Assembly (NCBI GenBank): GCA_951406725.2
Contig: OX597818.1
Span: 115,878,001 to 115,942,000, forward strand
Reading direction: 5' to 3'
Origin: Octopus vulgaris
Lineage: Eukaryota
DNA: 64,000 nucleotides
This document shows positions 54,091 to 64,000 of this stretch, in pieces. Made by a program: the position numbers and the translations under genes. The notes beneath the pieces are model-generated. The model was not told where the DNA came from, searched no databases, and saw nothing but the letters and a program-made list of their open reading frames with translations. Position 1 is the first letter of the stretch. Every line of letters begins with the position of its first letter.

Positions 54091-55888
54091 TTTAACTCCT
54101 GAAAGAAACAAGAAGAATATTATTATTTTTCTTTTCTCTTTACAGATTCCAACACCGATTTCTTCATCTAAAAATATCTGAGATGGAATAGTTAAGAGTA
54201 ATATTTTAAAACTAATTATTCACCTCGTTTTTAAAGATGTAAACAATTTTAATTAGCACAAGAGCACTACATTAGTATTCGTGTAAGTTGACAAGCTGGC
54301 AGAATCGTTAGCACGCCGGGCGAAATGCTTAGCGGTATTTCGTCTGCGTTACGTTGTGAGTTCAAATTCCGCCGAGGTCGACTTTGCCTTTCATCCTTTC
54401 GGGGTCGATAAATTAAGTACCAGTTACGCACTGGGGTCGATGTAATCGACTTAATACCTATGTCTGTCCTTGTTTGTCCCCTCTGTGTTTAGCCCCTTGT
54501 GGGTAATAAAGAAATAGGTATTTTGTCTGCTGCTACATTCTGAGTTCAAATTTCGACATGGTCAACTTTGCCTTTCATTCTTTCCATCTAACCCATGCTA
54601 GCATGGAAAACGGACATTAAATGATGATGATGATGATGATGATAAATGGAGATGTAAGGTATTAATAAATGCACATTATTAACCTTGCTGTGAAAACGTG
54701 GATAAATACTTTTGGTGGCACGTAAAAAGCACCCACTACACTTGCGGAGTGGTTGGCGTTAGGAAGGGCATCCAGCCGTAGAAACACTGCCAGATCAGAC
54801 TGGGCCTGATGCAGCCTTCTGGCTTCACAGACTCCAGTTGAACCGTCCAACCCATGCTAGCATGGAAAACGGACACTAAATGATGATGATGATGATGATG
54901 ATGATTAAGGCAGTGAGCCAGCAGAATCGTTAACAAACCCTGCCAGTGTTGGGGGCCATGTAAAAAGCATCCAGTCCACACTATGAAGTGGTTGGCATTT
55001 GGAACGGCATCCAGCTGTAAAACCATGCCAAAACAGACACAGAACAATTAAGTTACAGGAACAAAAACACCAGCATCAGTTGTGAAGTGATGGTGGAGGG
55101 ACAAACACAGACACACACAAATATATATATATATATCTTTATATATATATAAAACTGAGAATGTGTGTCTGTCTGTCTGCCTGTGTGTTTCCCTAAAACT
55201 TGAGAACTACATAACCAATTTCATTCAAATTTTACACATGCCTTACTTAGGGTCCGGGGAGTGTCATCGGCAAAAAAAATGTTCAACTTCTTGCCTAGAG
55301 CGAGCCCATAGCAATATCATATCTCCTCCACTATTTCAGTATTACGTGTCAAAAGTGAAACAAAAACGTTTCTGTATTTTATGTCAGATACTTTCACTTT
55401 AACAATAAAAATAATAATAACAATTGAATTATATGTAGTAAGTAATAATTAAAATCAAACTAAAGTATAATATAATCGTAACATAACAAAAGTAAAAATA
55501 GCAATTGGTATAAAATTGCATCAATGATTTGAACTTGAATAAGTGGTTTCACATGAATGGGAATAAATTAAAAATAAAATTAGCATGCAGAAATGGAATA
55601 GTCCAGATGGATAATAGAAAATTAAATTAAAGAAAATGTAGAGAAAAAAGATTTGAACACATGGAGGAAATCAATTTATTGCGTTATTAGTAAGTTGATA
55701 TATATTTTTGCTCTCATACTACTTATCTCTGTTATTATATACTGTTGGTCTACCTTTTTTTGTCCATTGTTGTCTAACGGACGAAGTCAACCTTCGCGCG
55801 AAGACTTCGCGTTGGTGTTCCCCCCTCAGTGGGGGAAAACTACAATCAATTTAGATTACCAAAGGCTTGTTAAAGCCATTTGTTCAAA

Positions 55889-57022
55889 ATGGAGTCCCCC
55901 ATCACTTATTCGCCCGTGACGAGCGAGGATGAATACCCGGCGTTGTCGCCAAGTAAAAAAGAGGCGTTGTCGCCAAGAAAAAAAGAGGCGCTGTCGCCGA
56001 AGAAAAAAGAGGCGGCGTCGCCCAAGAAAATGGTAAAACCAGTACCAGCATCAACTCCAGCAAAAAAATTCGCTGAAGTGGCTGGGAAGAAAATTAAAAA
56101 AATTAACGTGGACAACCTGGGAAAACATGCGGACTGTGTGTCAAAAGAGGGCACGGAAGTAACCGTGGCTTCAAACGCCCAAATACAGGAGGATATTTCG
56201 AATAGGAGAATAATCTATAAGACATTCAGTATAACAAACAGAGCAATCCAAAAAATAGAGGAGAAAAAGATTGAAAACTGCTTAAAGCCAATAATGGATA
56301 AAATTACGTATATCAATCGAGGGAAGAAATACGGCACAGTGGAGGTGAGATTCACGTCAGAGGAGGTAGCGAAGAAGCTATCCATGGAACCCATAAAAGC
56401 GGAGGATATTGTTCTCCTACCCCTGTATAAAGGCAAGCGAACTTCCAAAATCACTATGAACAACATCCCGCCAGAAGCGGATGCCGAAGTCCTAGTGGCA
56501 GCAGTTATGGTAGGCCTGGAGGAAAAAATAAACATCCTCCAGGCCACCGTAGAAGAAGAATTCTGGAAAGGGCAAAAGATAATAATAGCCATACAAGCAG
56601 AAGTACAAACCCTGGAAGAGATCCCAGAGACTCTAAGGATAAGCGAAGATGAAAGAGTCACAGTCTTCGTAGAGGGCAGAAAGCCGAGGTGCTTCGGCTG
56701 CGGTAAGAAGGGGCATGTAAGGGCGGAATGCCAGCCCCAACCCAAACCGCAGGAAGCACCTAAGCCAAAAGGAAAAGAAGACAATGTGTCACCAGAAGCA
56801 GCGTCAGACGGCCCAGAAGGGAAGACTGAAGGTGTGGAGGTGATGGTAACAGCAGAACCAGCGGCGGAGAAAAAAAAGAGCGAGGAAAAGATAAATGAGG
56901 AGGGGTGGGCAAAAATTATCGGAAAAAAAAAAAAGAAAAACGGAAACCACCCCTCCCAGAGTAATTTTAAAAAAGAAAAAAGAGTCAATGAACTCATATA
57001 TGGCCGTAAAAGCATCAAATAG
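55889..57022 (+). CDS. LINE ORF1 (gag-like, CCHC zinc knuckle); the same frame stays open past the TAG to 57265
   Basis: CFGCGKKGHVRAEC knuckle, RRM-like region, N-terminal SPxKKE repeats. Confidence 0.85.
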   Translation: MESPITYSPVTSEDEYPALSPSKKEALSPRKKEALSPKKKEAASPKKMVKPVPASTPAKKFAEVAGKKIKKINVDNLGKHADCVSKEGTEVTVASNAQIQEDISNRRIIYKTFSITNRAIQKIEEKKIENCLKPIMDKITYINRGKKYGTVEVRFTSEEVAKKLSMEPIKAEDIVLLPLYKGKRTSKITMNNIPPEADAEVLVAAVMVGLEEKINILQATVEEEFWKGQKIIIAIQAEVQTLEEIPETLRISEDERVTVFVEGRKPRCFGCGKKGHVRAECQPQPKPQEAPKPKGKEDNVSPEAASDGPEGKTEGVEVMVTAEPAAEKKKSEEKINEEGWAKIIGKKKKKNGNHPSQSNFKKEKRVNELIYGRKSIK

Positions 57023-57274
57023 CAGACTCGGAAACGTGTTGGCAGCCATGGCCAATGTGAAGAGAGTAGAGAAAAAAATGACTTTCTAATTTACAAAATA
57101 GACCGGAAGGATTACGGGCGGATAAAGTCAGAATTCTTCCATGACGTAGGCCCACTTAGGTTGGATGTAACATCTCCACATATATTCGAGGGCCTACGTC
57201 AGACTCCCCCACGAGGCCCAGAAAAAGAGAAGGAAGAAGAAGAAAAAACCGAACCACTGATATAAAGGTAAGTA

Positions 57275-60200
57275 ATGGATTACATTTATGTTGGTTGTTT
57301 AAATGTGCGCGGCCTGGGAGCAGGCTGGAAGCAAGGTCGCTTCCTGCATGATATCAGGTCGCGTAATTTAGATGTTATTGTTGCTACAGAAACCCGGCTA
57401 GAGGGGCCAAGAGGTCTACTCCCGCTGTTTGACGGCTACGAGAGTTTTTTCTCTCCTGGCAGTCCTACAGGCGGGAGTGGGGTGTTGGTCCTATTAAAAA
57501 GAAACCGGGTTTCTGAGAAAAAGTTAATTTTTGCAGATCCAGAAGGTAGGCTGGTCGTCATGGATTTGACGTTCAGTAATGGTAAAGTTATCAGACTGGT
57601 TGCAATTTACGCACCCAACCATACAGGGCAAAGTGATTATTTTCGTGAACTAGAAAACTTTCTTGGTACTTCGCATTCATTAGTGGTGCTAGGAGACTTT
57701 AACACAATTTGCAAAGCGGATGTAGATTATGTTGGCTCGTGTCCAGATAGAAAAGGCAACAGTGGCTTCATGGAACTGCTAAGCCGCTTTGAGCTAGCAG
57801 ATCCTTATAGGCTGGAATTTCCGAACGCTCCATTGTGGACATGGTCAAACAGCGACGGATCTTCCAGGTCGTATCTAGATAGAATACTAATTAGAAAAGT
57901 AGACAGTAAAATAGCTAAGTGTCCACAGTTTTACCCGATCAGCTACAGTGATCATAAAATGGTCACTTGTAAGCTTGACATAGATAAGGTTAAAAATAGA
58001 GGATCCGGTTACTGGAAACTTAATACGTCCCTTTTGGCGATTAAGGAGTACAAAGACCGGATTAGGAATATAATTCAGAGGGCACTATCTGGTACCATCA
58101 TTAATAACAAATGGTGGTACGCCCTCAAACGAGCCATCAAGTTTGAGTCTATTAGATATAGCATAGGAGTAGTGGCTAGAGAGGCTAGAAGGGAAACTAC
58201 TCTAGTTAAGGAATTAGAGGAAGCCATGAAAACTGGCTCTGCGGCTCAGGTGGCGGCCAAGAGACTGGTGTTAAACCAGCACCTCGAGGCCAAACACATG
58301 GGCTGCATTGTCAGGGCTAGAATCCGTCATATGGGATGTGAAGGAATCAACGCCGTGAGATGGGCCCGAGTGGTGGAAGCTCAGCATGGTAACGATGCCA
58401 CGATTCGATCTTTGACGAACCAACAAGGTGAGTTGATAAACGAACCCGAGGAGATGTGTGAGGCCTTTCAGGAGCACTTCGCTCAGCTTTTCGGTGAGTG
58501 CGGCGGACTGGATAGGAGGAGGGCCTTTACGGACCTACTCGACGGTCTGCCGCGCTTATCGGGGCGAGATGCGGAGGGCTGTGAAGGGCCAATCACGCCT
58601 GAGGAGGTGGTTGAGGCAATGGCGGACTGCGGCGCGGGCAAGGCGCCGGGTTTGGATGGTCTACCCTATGAGTTATATAAGAGTATGCCAGACTTGTTCG
58701 GGCACCTACTGGCGGAGGTCTACGCGAACTGGCAGCAGAACGGGCTTATACCCAGATCTGTGCGCCGGGGAGTAGTGACTCTCGTCAGAAAGGACCCGAG
58801 CAAGGGGGAGTGCATTGATAATTTCAGGCCCATCACTCTGCTAAACACAGAGTTGAAGATTTTGGCCAAAGTGTTATCGAAAAGATTGGCGCGTGTCGCG
58901 GATGGTCTGATCGGAGGGGCACAGACATGTGCCGTTCCGGGCAGATCCATTCAGGATAATCTCCATCTAATGCGGTACACTATAGAGGGGTTTAATAGTG
59001 ATTCTGGCAAGGGTGGGGCACTGGTCCATTTAGACCAATCTAAAGCTTTTGATAGGGTCGACCATCGTTACCTGGTATCTGCCCTGGCACAGTTCGGGCT
59101 GAGCCTTGGATTCCTCAGGTGGATTATCGAAATTTATGATAACATCGACTCGGTAGTTCGGGTGAACGGCTTCTTGTCGAAGCCGTTCAAAATCAAACGC
59201 TCGGTTCGTCAAGGGTGTCCGCTCTCCCCGCTTTTGTACGTGATGGCTCTTGAGCCATTACTGCGAAAACTGAGCGGCATCCCGAGACAGCCAGGTAATG
59301 GAAAATCAGTGTCAGCGTACGCGGATGACATCACCATCATCGTAACCGAAATGGACCACCTATGTAAAGTAGGCAAGGCCATAGAGGTGTACGAGACGGT
59401 GACAGGAGCAAAAGTTAATCGCGAAAAGTCAGTCGGCTTGCAACTCGGCACCTGGAGAGGCAAGTCGATGCCTCCTGACAGCGTCGTGGGACGTTGGACG
59501 GAGGGTCCGATTAAACTGCTAGGGGTCTGGTTCGGTCCAGACCTCCAAATAGAGAAGAATTGGGGCGAGGTAACGAGCAAGGTGGCTGCAGTAGCCAAGA
59601 CCTGGTCTTGGCGGTGGCTATCCCTGAAAGGGAGGGCGGAGGTGGCCAATGTGTTTATCGCATCGGTTATCACCTACCGCCTTTCCGTCGTTCCTTGCCC
59701 TGATTCGTGGTTGATCAAGTTGGAAAGACAGCTCTTCTACTTCTTGTGGAAGGGCGGGAAACCACTTGTGAAACGCTCTACTTGCTGTCAACAACCGTTA
59801 AAGGGTGGGCTAGGGATGCCTTGGCTGATGATGCGCAGACATGCGCTGAGGTTAAGACATCTGTGGCTCTACCTGGATGGTGAACGGGTGTGGTCTTCGC
59901 TAGCAAAACTGATGTTTCCCAAGTTCACTAGTTTCGGTGGATGGGAAACCTGGCTGAATCGTAGATCGAAACTTGGTACTTGGTACACGGAGTGTCGCAA
60001 GGCTCTCCTGCTATTCCGTCGCTCGGGCAACGCCTGCGGTGGGGGTTCCACCACTTTCTTCTATAGAGGGTTGGTAGAGGCGGAATGTGAAGATACCTTG
60101 GGGGAAACCCTAGGTCTCGACGATAACCAGCTGGCCAGTCTGTTCCGACGTACGTTCGAGCCAAGGACACTGGACAACTTCCAGAAGTCTCTGGCATGGC

Positions 60201-60670
60201 AATGCTACAGAGGAGCTCTACCTGTTCGGGATAAACTCGCAAGGCACGGTGGCCAAGACAGTCCGATATGTCCAAGATGCGGGCGGGATAGGGAAACCGT
60301 CCCGCACGCGATTGTTCATTGTCCGGACGTGTCTGAGGTGTGGGTTTATGCCGAACACCTGTTGTCAGGTACACGAAGAGTACAGCTGTCGACTGAGTCG
60401 ATTACAAAAATTGACCCACCGGATTTCCTCGTGAATGAAGGTAAGTTTCGTTTTCTCGTTGTAGTAGCAATCGCGAAAGAGGTGATATGGAAGACGAGAA
60501 TGAAAGGTTTACAGTCAGGCAAGTTCATCTCCGGCCCTGGTTTGATGAATTATTTCATCTTTCACCTGAAAAGGAAGATAGGGCTGGAGAGAATATGCCT
60601 GACTAGGAGAGCGTATGAAGAACGATGGAAGGATGTAGCACGGAAGTTGCGAATGAAAGTTACAACATAA
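57275..60670 (+). CDS. LINE ORF2: APE endonuclease, reverse transcriptase and CCHC zinc finger, 1131 aa, intact
   Basis: LNVRG/ETR/YAPN/GDFN/LDRI/SDH (APE). APGLDG, FRPITLLN, LDQSKAFDRVDH, RQGCPLSP and YADD (RT). CPRC..ETVPH...C. Confidence 0.97.
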   Translation: MDYIYVGCLNVRGLGAGWKQGRFLHDIRSRNLDVIVATETRLEGPRGLLPLFDGYESFFSPGSPTGGSGVLVLLKRNRVSEKKLIFADPEGRLVVMDLTFSNGKVIRLVAIYAPNHTGQSDYFRELENFLGTSHSLVVLGDFNTICKADVDYVGSCPDRKGNSGFMELLSRFELADPYRLEFPNAPLWTWSNSDGSSRSYLDRILIRKVDSKIAKCPQFYPISYSDHKMVTCKLDIDKVKNRGSGYWKLNTSLLAIKEYKDRIRNIIQRALSGTIINNKWWYALKRAIKFESIRYSIGVVAREARRETTLVKELEEAMKTGSAAQVAAKRLVLNQHLEAKHMGCIVRARIRHMGCEGINAVRWARVVEAQHGNDATIRSLTNQQGELINEPEEMCEAFQEHFAQLFGECGGLDRRRAFTDLLDGLPRLSGRDAEGCEGPITPEEVVEAMADCGAGKAPGLDGLPYELYKSMPDLFGHLLAEVYANWQQNGLIPRSVRRGVVTLVRKDPSKGECIDNFRPITLLNTELKILAKVLSKRLARVADGLIGGAQTCAVPGRSIQDNLHLMRYTIEGFNSDSGKGGALVHLDQSKAFDRVDHRYLVSALAQFGLSLGFLRWIIEIYDNIDSVVRVNGFLSKPFKIKRSVRQGCPLSPLLYVMALEPLLRKLSGIPRQPGNGKSVSAYADDITIIVTEMDHLCKVGKAIEVYETVTGAKVNREKSVGLQLGTWRGKSMPPDSVVGRWTEGPIKLLGVWFGPDLQIEKNWGEVTSKVAAVAKTWSWRWLSLKGRAEVANVFIASVITYRLSVVPCPDSWLIKLERQLFYFLWKGGKPLVKRSTCCQQPLKGGLGMPWLMMRRHALRLRHLWLYLDGERVWSSLAKLMFPKFTSFGGWETWLNRRSKLGTWYTECRKALLLFRRSGNACGGGSTTFFYRGLVEAECEDTLGETLGLDDNQLASLFRRTFEPRTLDNFQKSLAWQCYRGALPVRDKLARHGGQDSPICPRCGRDRETVPHAIVHCPDVSEVWVYAEHLLSGTRRVQLSTESITKIDPPDFLVNEGKFRFLVVVAIAKEVIWKTRMKGLQSGKFISGPGLMNYFIFHLKRKIGLERICLTRRAYEERWKDVARKLRMKVTT

Positions 60671-60916
60671 ATGTAATACCAAGTGCAACCAAAAGTATCA
60701 GTGGGGAGGCGGGGCTCGTGGGGTCCGAGCTAAACCCGCACCCACTCCACCCGTAATGTCTTCCGGTCTGTCCTATCACTCGATTTCTGTCCATTTATTG
60801 TTATTCATGAAAATTTTTAAACCCGATTTATTGTAAAAACCCATTCGTTTGTCTGACCCCATCATCAGAATGTATTGTCCCATCTGTGTTCGCCCCTTGT
60901 GGGTAATAATAAAACA

Positions 60917-61235
60917 ACATGGAGGAAAGCACCTTCGAAAAGTGTCTTGGTGCGACTATGAAAGGTATCTAATCAGAGGCGGTAAATTCGCCACAATAGA
61001 AGCAAGGTTCGAGTCAATGGAGTGTGCAAGGGAGTACTCAACTCGAACTTGCAAAGTGGAAATATTTTATTTTTACCTTTATATCTGGGACGTAGGACGT
61101 CTCGGATAAAAATTTAAAATGCTCCCCCCCCCCCCCAGAAGTAGAGGTAGGCTGGATTGTAGCCACACTTCTATACAAGAGGGAGGACAAGATACAATTG
61201 ATCGAAATTACAAGAGACGGGCTAACAATTCCAGT
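60917..61235 (+). pseudogene. Degenerate ORF1 fragment of an older related Tx1 element (insertion target)
   Basis: MEESTFEKCL..RYLIRGGKFATIEARF..LFLPLYLGRRTSRIKI*NAPP..EVEVGWIVATLL aligns with the intact ORF1 (IEEKKIENCL..TYINRGKKYGTVEVRF..VLLPLYKGKRTSKITMNNIPPEADAEVLVAAVM). Confidence 0.75.
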
Positions 61236-61361
61236 CTGTTATATATTTTGAGTATTGTTATCGCTAGCGATATCAAGATATAACCTTGTATTTTGTATTT
61301 TATGTGTAGATGTATATATATAGATGTACAAGTAATATGTACACATATATATACATATATA

Positions 61362-61684
61362 TGGCACGTAAAAAGCACCATCCAAACGTGGCTGATGCCA
61401 GCGTCGCCTTGACTGGCTTCCGTGCTGGTGGCACGTACAAAGCACCAATCCGATCGTGGCCGCTGCCAGCCTCGCCTGGCACCTGTGCTGGTGGCACGTA
61501 AAAAGCACCCACTACACTCACGGAGTGGTTGGCGTTAGGAAGGGCATCCAGCTGTAGAAACATTGCCAGATTAGACTGGAGCCTGGTGCAGCCTTCTGGC
61601 TTCCCAGAACCCCGGTCGAACCGTCCAACCCATGCTAGCATGGAGAACGGACGTTAAACGACGATGATGATGATGATGATGATG
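61362..61684 (+). mobile_element. Non-autonomous RTE-related SINE-like family 3 with (ATG)n tail
   Basis: Tandem GGTGGCACGTAAAAAGCACC units, GGTTGGCGTTAGGAAGGGCATCCAGCTGTAGAAA, tail CCATGCTAGCATGGA..GACGTTAAACGATGATG. Many copies, e.g. ~5390, 6830, 10090, 21280, 22045, 40050, 40735, 44250, 49495, 51070, 52940, 54715 and 63120. Confidence 0.75.
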
Positions 61685-61685
61685 A

Positions 61686-61993
61686 AGGTGCATGGCTTAG
61701 TGGTTAGGGCATTCAGCTCACAAACATAAGGACGTGAGTTCAATTCCTGGCGATGCATTGTGTCCTTGAGCAAGACAATTTATTTCACGTTGCTCCAGTC
61801 CACTCAGCTGACAAAAATTAGTTGTACCTGTATTTCAAAGGGGCCAGCCTTGTTACGCTGAATCGCCGTGAGAATTATGTTAAGGGCACACGTGTCTGTG
61901 GATTGCTCAGCCACTTGCATGTTAATTTCACGAGCAAGCTGTTCCGTTGATCATATCAGCTGGGACCCTCGTCGTCGTAACCGACGGAGTGCT
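61686..61993 (+). mobile_element. tRNA-derived SINE family 4
   Basis: TGGCTTAGTGGTTAG A box, GAGTTCAATTCC B box, CCTTGAGCAAG CORE-like motif. Copies at ~2645-2935(+), ~31060-31360(-) and ~39200-39410(-). Confidence 0.75.
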
Positions 61994-62500
61994 CCTTTTT
62001 TTTAAAATATATATCATCATCATCATCATCATCATTTAGCGTCCGCTTTCCATGCTAGCATGGGTTGGACGGTTCAACTGGGGTCTGTGAAGCCAGAAGG
62101 CTGCATCAGGCCCAGTCTGATCTGGCAGTATTTCTACGGCTGGATGCCCTTCCTAACGCCATATATATATGGGGAAGGGGAGGAGAGAGACAGAGAGAGG
62201 ATACACACATGGAAATAGTTTCCATCAACCAATATTACTCACAAGATGTTGGTCAGTGAAGGCTATGGCAGAAGACACATGACTAAGATGCCACTCACAA
62301 TAGAACTAAACCCAACACTGTAGTTGCAAAGCAGACTTCTTAACCCCACAGCCATGCTTAAGCCTACATAATATTGAATAATAATGCTTTTTTAAATTTA
62401 TTTATTTTACAAATATTAATCAAGAGAGAGGTACTCTGCTCATGATCTTCACTGTTCCTCTGAAACTGATCAGATATACTGAGGTTGAAATTCAATTTAA

Positions 62501-62966
62501 CCCATTTGTGACCATATTCCTGTTGAGAAGCTCTCTGTTTCTTTCAATTACTTTAAATATAACAAAGAATTTAATAAAATAACTTAGTTACCATTAAGCT
62601 AGTGTTAGGAACATAAATTGTGACTAAGGTTTGGTGGAAGATTTTAATTCAAAACTTACGGAAACAAGACATTTGTACTCAGAGCCAGAGGCAGTTTTGG
62701 TCAGGTTGGTATAGAAAGGGTTAAGAATTGTTTCTCTATCATATATTTTAACCCTTTTGTGACCATATTTCTGTTAAGATGCTCTGTGTTTCTTTCAATT
62801 AATTTTAAATATAACAAAGAATTTAGCAAAATAACTTAGTTATCATTAAGCTAGTGTTAGGAGCATTAATTATGACTAAGGTTTGGTGGAAGATTTTAAT
62901 TCAAAACTTATGAAAACAAGACATTAGTACAAGGGAGCTAGAGGTAGTTTCAGCCGGGTTGATATC
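62501..62966. mobile_element. Two tandem piggyBac-type MITEs
   Basis: TTAA|CCC...GGG|TTAA (62501-62720). A second copy starts at 62752. Related copies at ~7354-7578 and in module A of the array. Confidence 0.65.
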
Positions 62967-64000
62967 AACTGCAAATTGACAACTGTAGGCAAGACATTAG
63001 CGGCAAGATAATTCCACTTTCATTTCTGATCTCATTACTTGTTTACATCTGATGTCTCAATACGAAACGTTGTAGCCAAAATCAGTGCTGGCTCAGTGTC
63101 TATAGAATATCTGTAGAATCATCCTCATCATCATCGTTTAACATCTGTTTTCCATGCTAGCATGGGTTGGATGATTTGACTGAGGACCGGCAAACCAGAT
63201 GTCTGCACGAGGCTCCAATCTGATCTGGCAGAGTTTCTACAGCTGGATGCCCTTCCTAACGCCAACCACTTCGAAAGTGTAGTGGGTGCTTTTACGTGCC
63301 ACCGGCATGAGGGCCTGTCAGGCGGTACTGGCAGTGGCCATGCTCGAATGGTGTTTTTTACGTGCCACCTCCACAGGAGCCAGTCCAGTGGCACTGGCAA
63401 CGACCTTGCTCGAATGTTTTTTCACATGCCACTGGCACAAACAACCTTAAATATAATGTAACAAGCACTGCTGACGCAGTAGAACATTATAATAACTTAT
63501 AAAAAGATTTAGTATACTTCATAATATATTGTGTTTACATACAGAAGTGCCATGTACCTACAAACCTTTAATTCCAGAGGGTCAATGTTCTGGAAAAGGG
63601 TTAAATGTGAATGATGAAAAAAGAAGACAAGTAGGTCTAGGGTGCCTGAACAGAGGGAATATGAAAAGGGCTAGATTGAAAGTGTACAGGCCACCATAGT
63701 GGTGATAATAATAACAAAACAAAAAAAAGAAGGGAGACAGCACAGTCTTCATGAGTAACCTCATGCTAATCAGCAAGTTTTTTTTTTTCTTTCCTTTTGA
63801 TCACAATGTTTGGATGAGTAGAAATATTAGTGACACCATTGTGGTTCTCATATGAACTTTCCAGAGAGACAGCAGGTGTCCAGGACCTGAAGGATTTATA
63901 GGCTTTGAAAGTAAAAGCTAGTCTTTGGGGTACAGTTTTCTTCTATGTTATCAATGTGAAATTGCCAAGACAGAAAGGAAAAATTGGAATTTATTATAGC

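Larger units (their letters stand above)
55671..60916 (+). mobile_element. Full-length Tx1/L1-clade non-LTR retrotransposon (~5.25 kb)
   Basis: 12-bp TSD ACATGGAGGAAA at 55659-55670 and 60917-60928. Contains ORF1, ORF2 and a 3' UTR ending TAATAATAAAACA. Confidence 0.93.

Overview
AT-rich, repeat-dense animal genomic DNA. The SINE and microsatellite landscape suggests an octopus or other coleoid cephalopod (inference). There are three housekeeping genes: FNTB (intronless CDS, - strand) head-to-head with KAT5/Tip60 (single coding exon, + strand), and INTS15/C7orf26 (6 coding exons, - strand). Main discoveries: (1) an ~8 kb tandem array in the putative KAT5 5'-UTR intron that carries seven 171-nt copies of a box H/ACA snoRNA candidate, whose 3' pocket matches 28S rRNA helix 69 (SNORA23-type target). 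(2) A full-length Tx1/L1-clade LINE with intact ORF2 and a 12-bp TSD, nested in the ORF1 of an older relative. Its 3' tail is shared with one of the abundant local SINE families, and that SINE appears to insert into its own copies at a fixed site. Also present are a Merlin element nested in an RTE relic, a fold-back mariner, Helitron/MULE/piggyBac-type MITEs, Penelope-type hammerhead-like motifs and several long inverted repeats. All calls are by eye, with no database searches.
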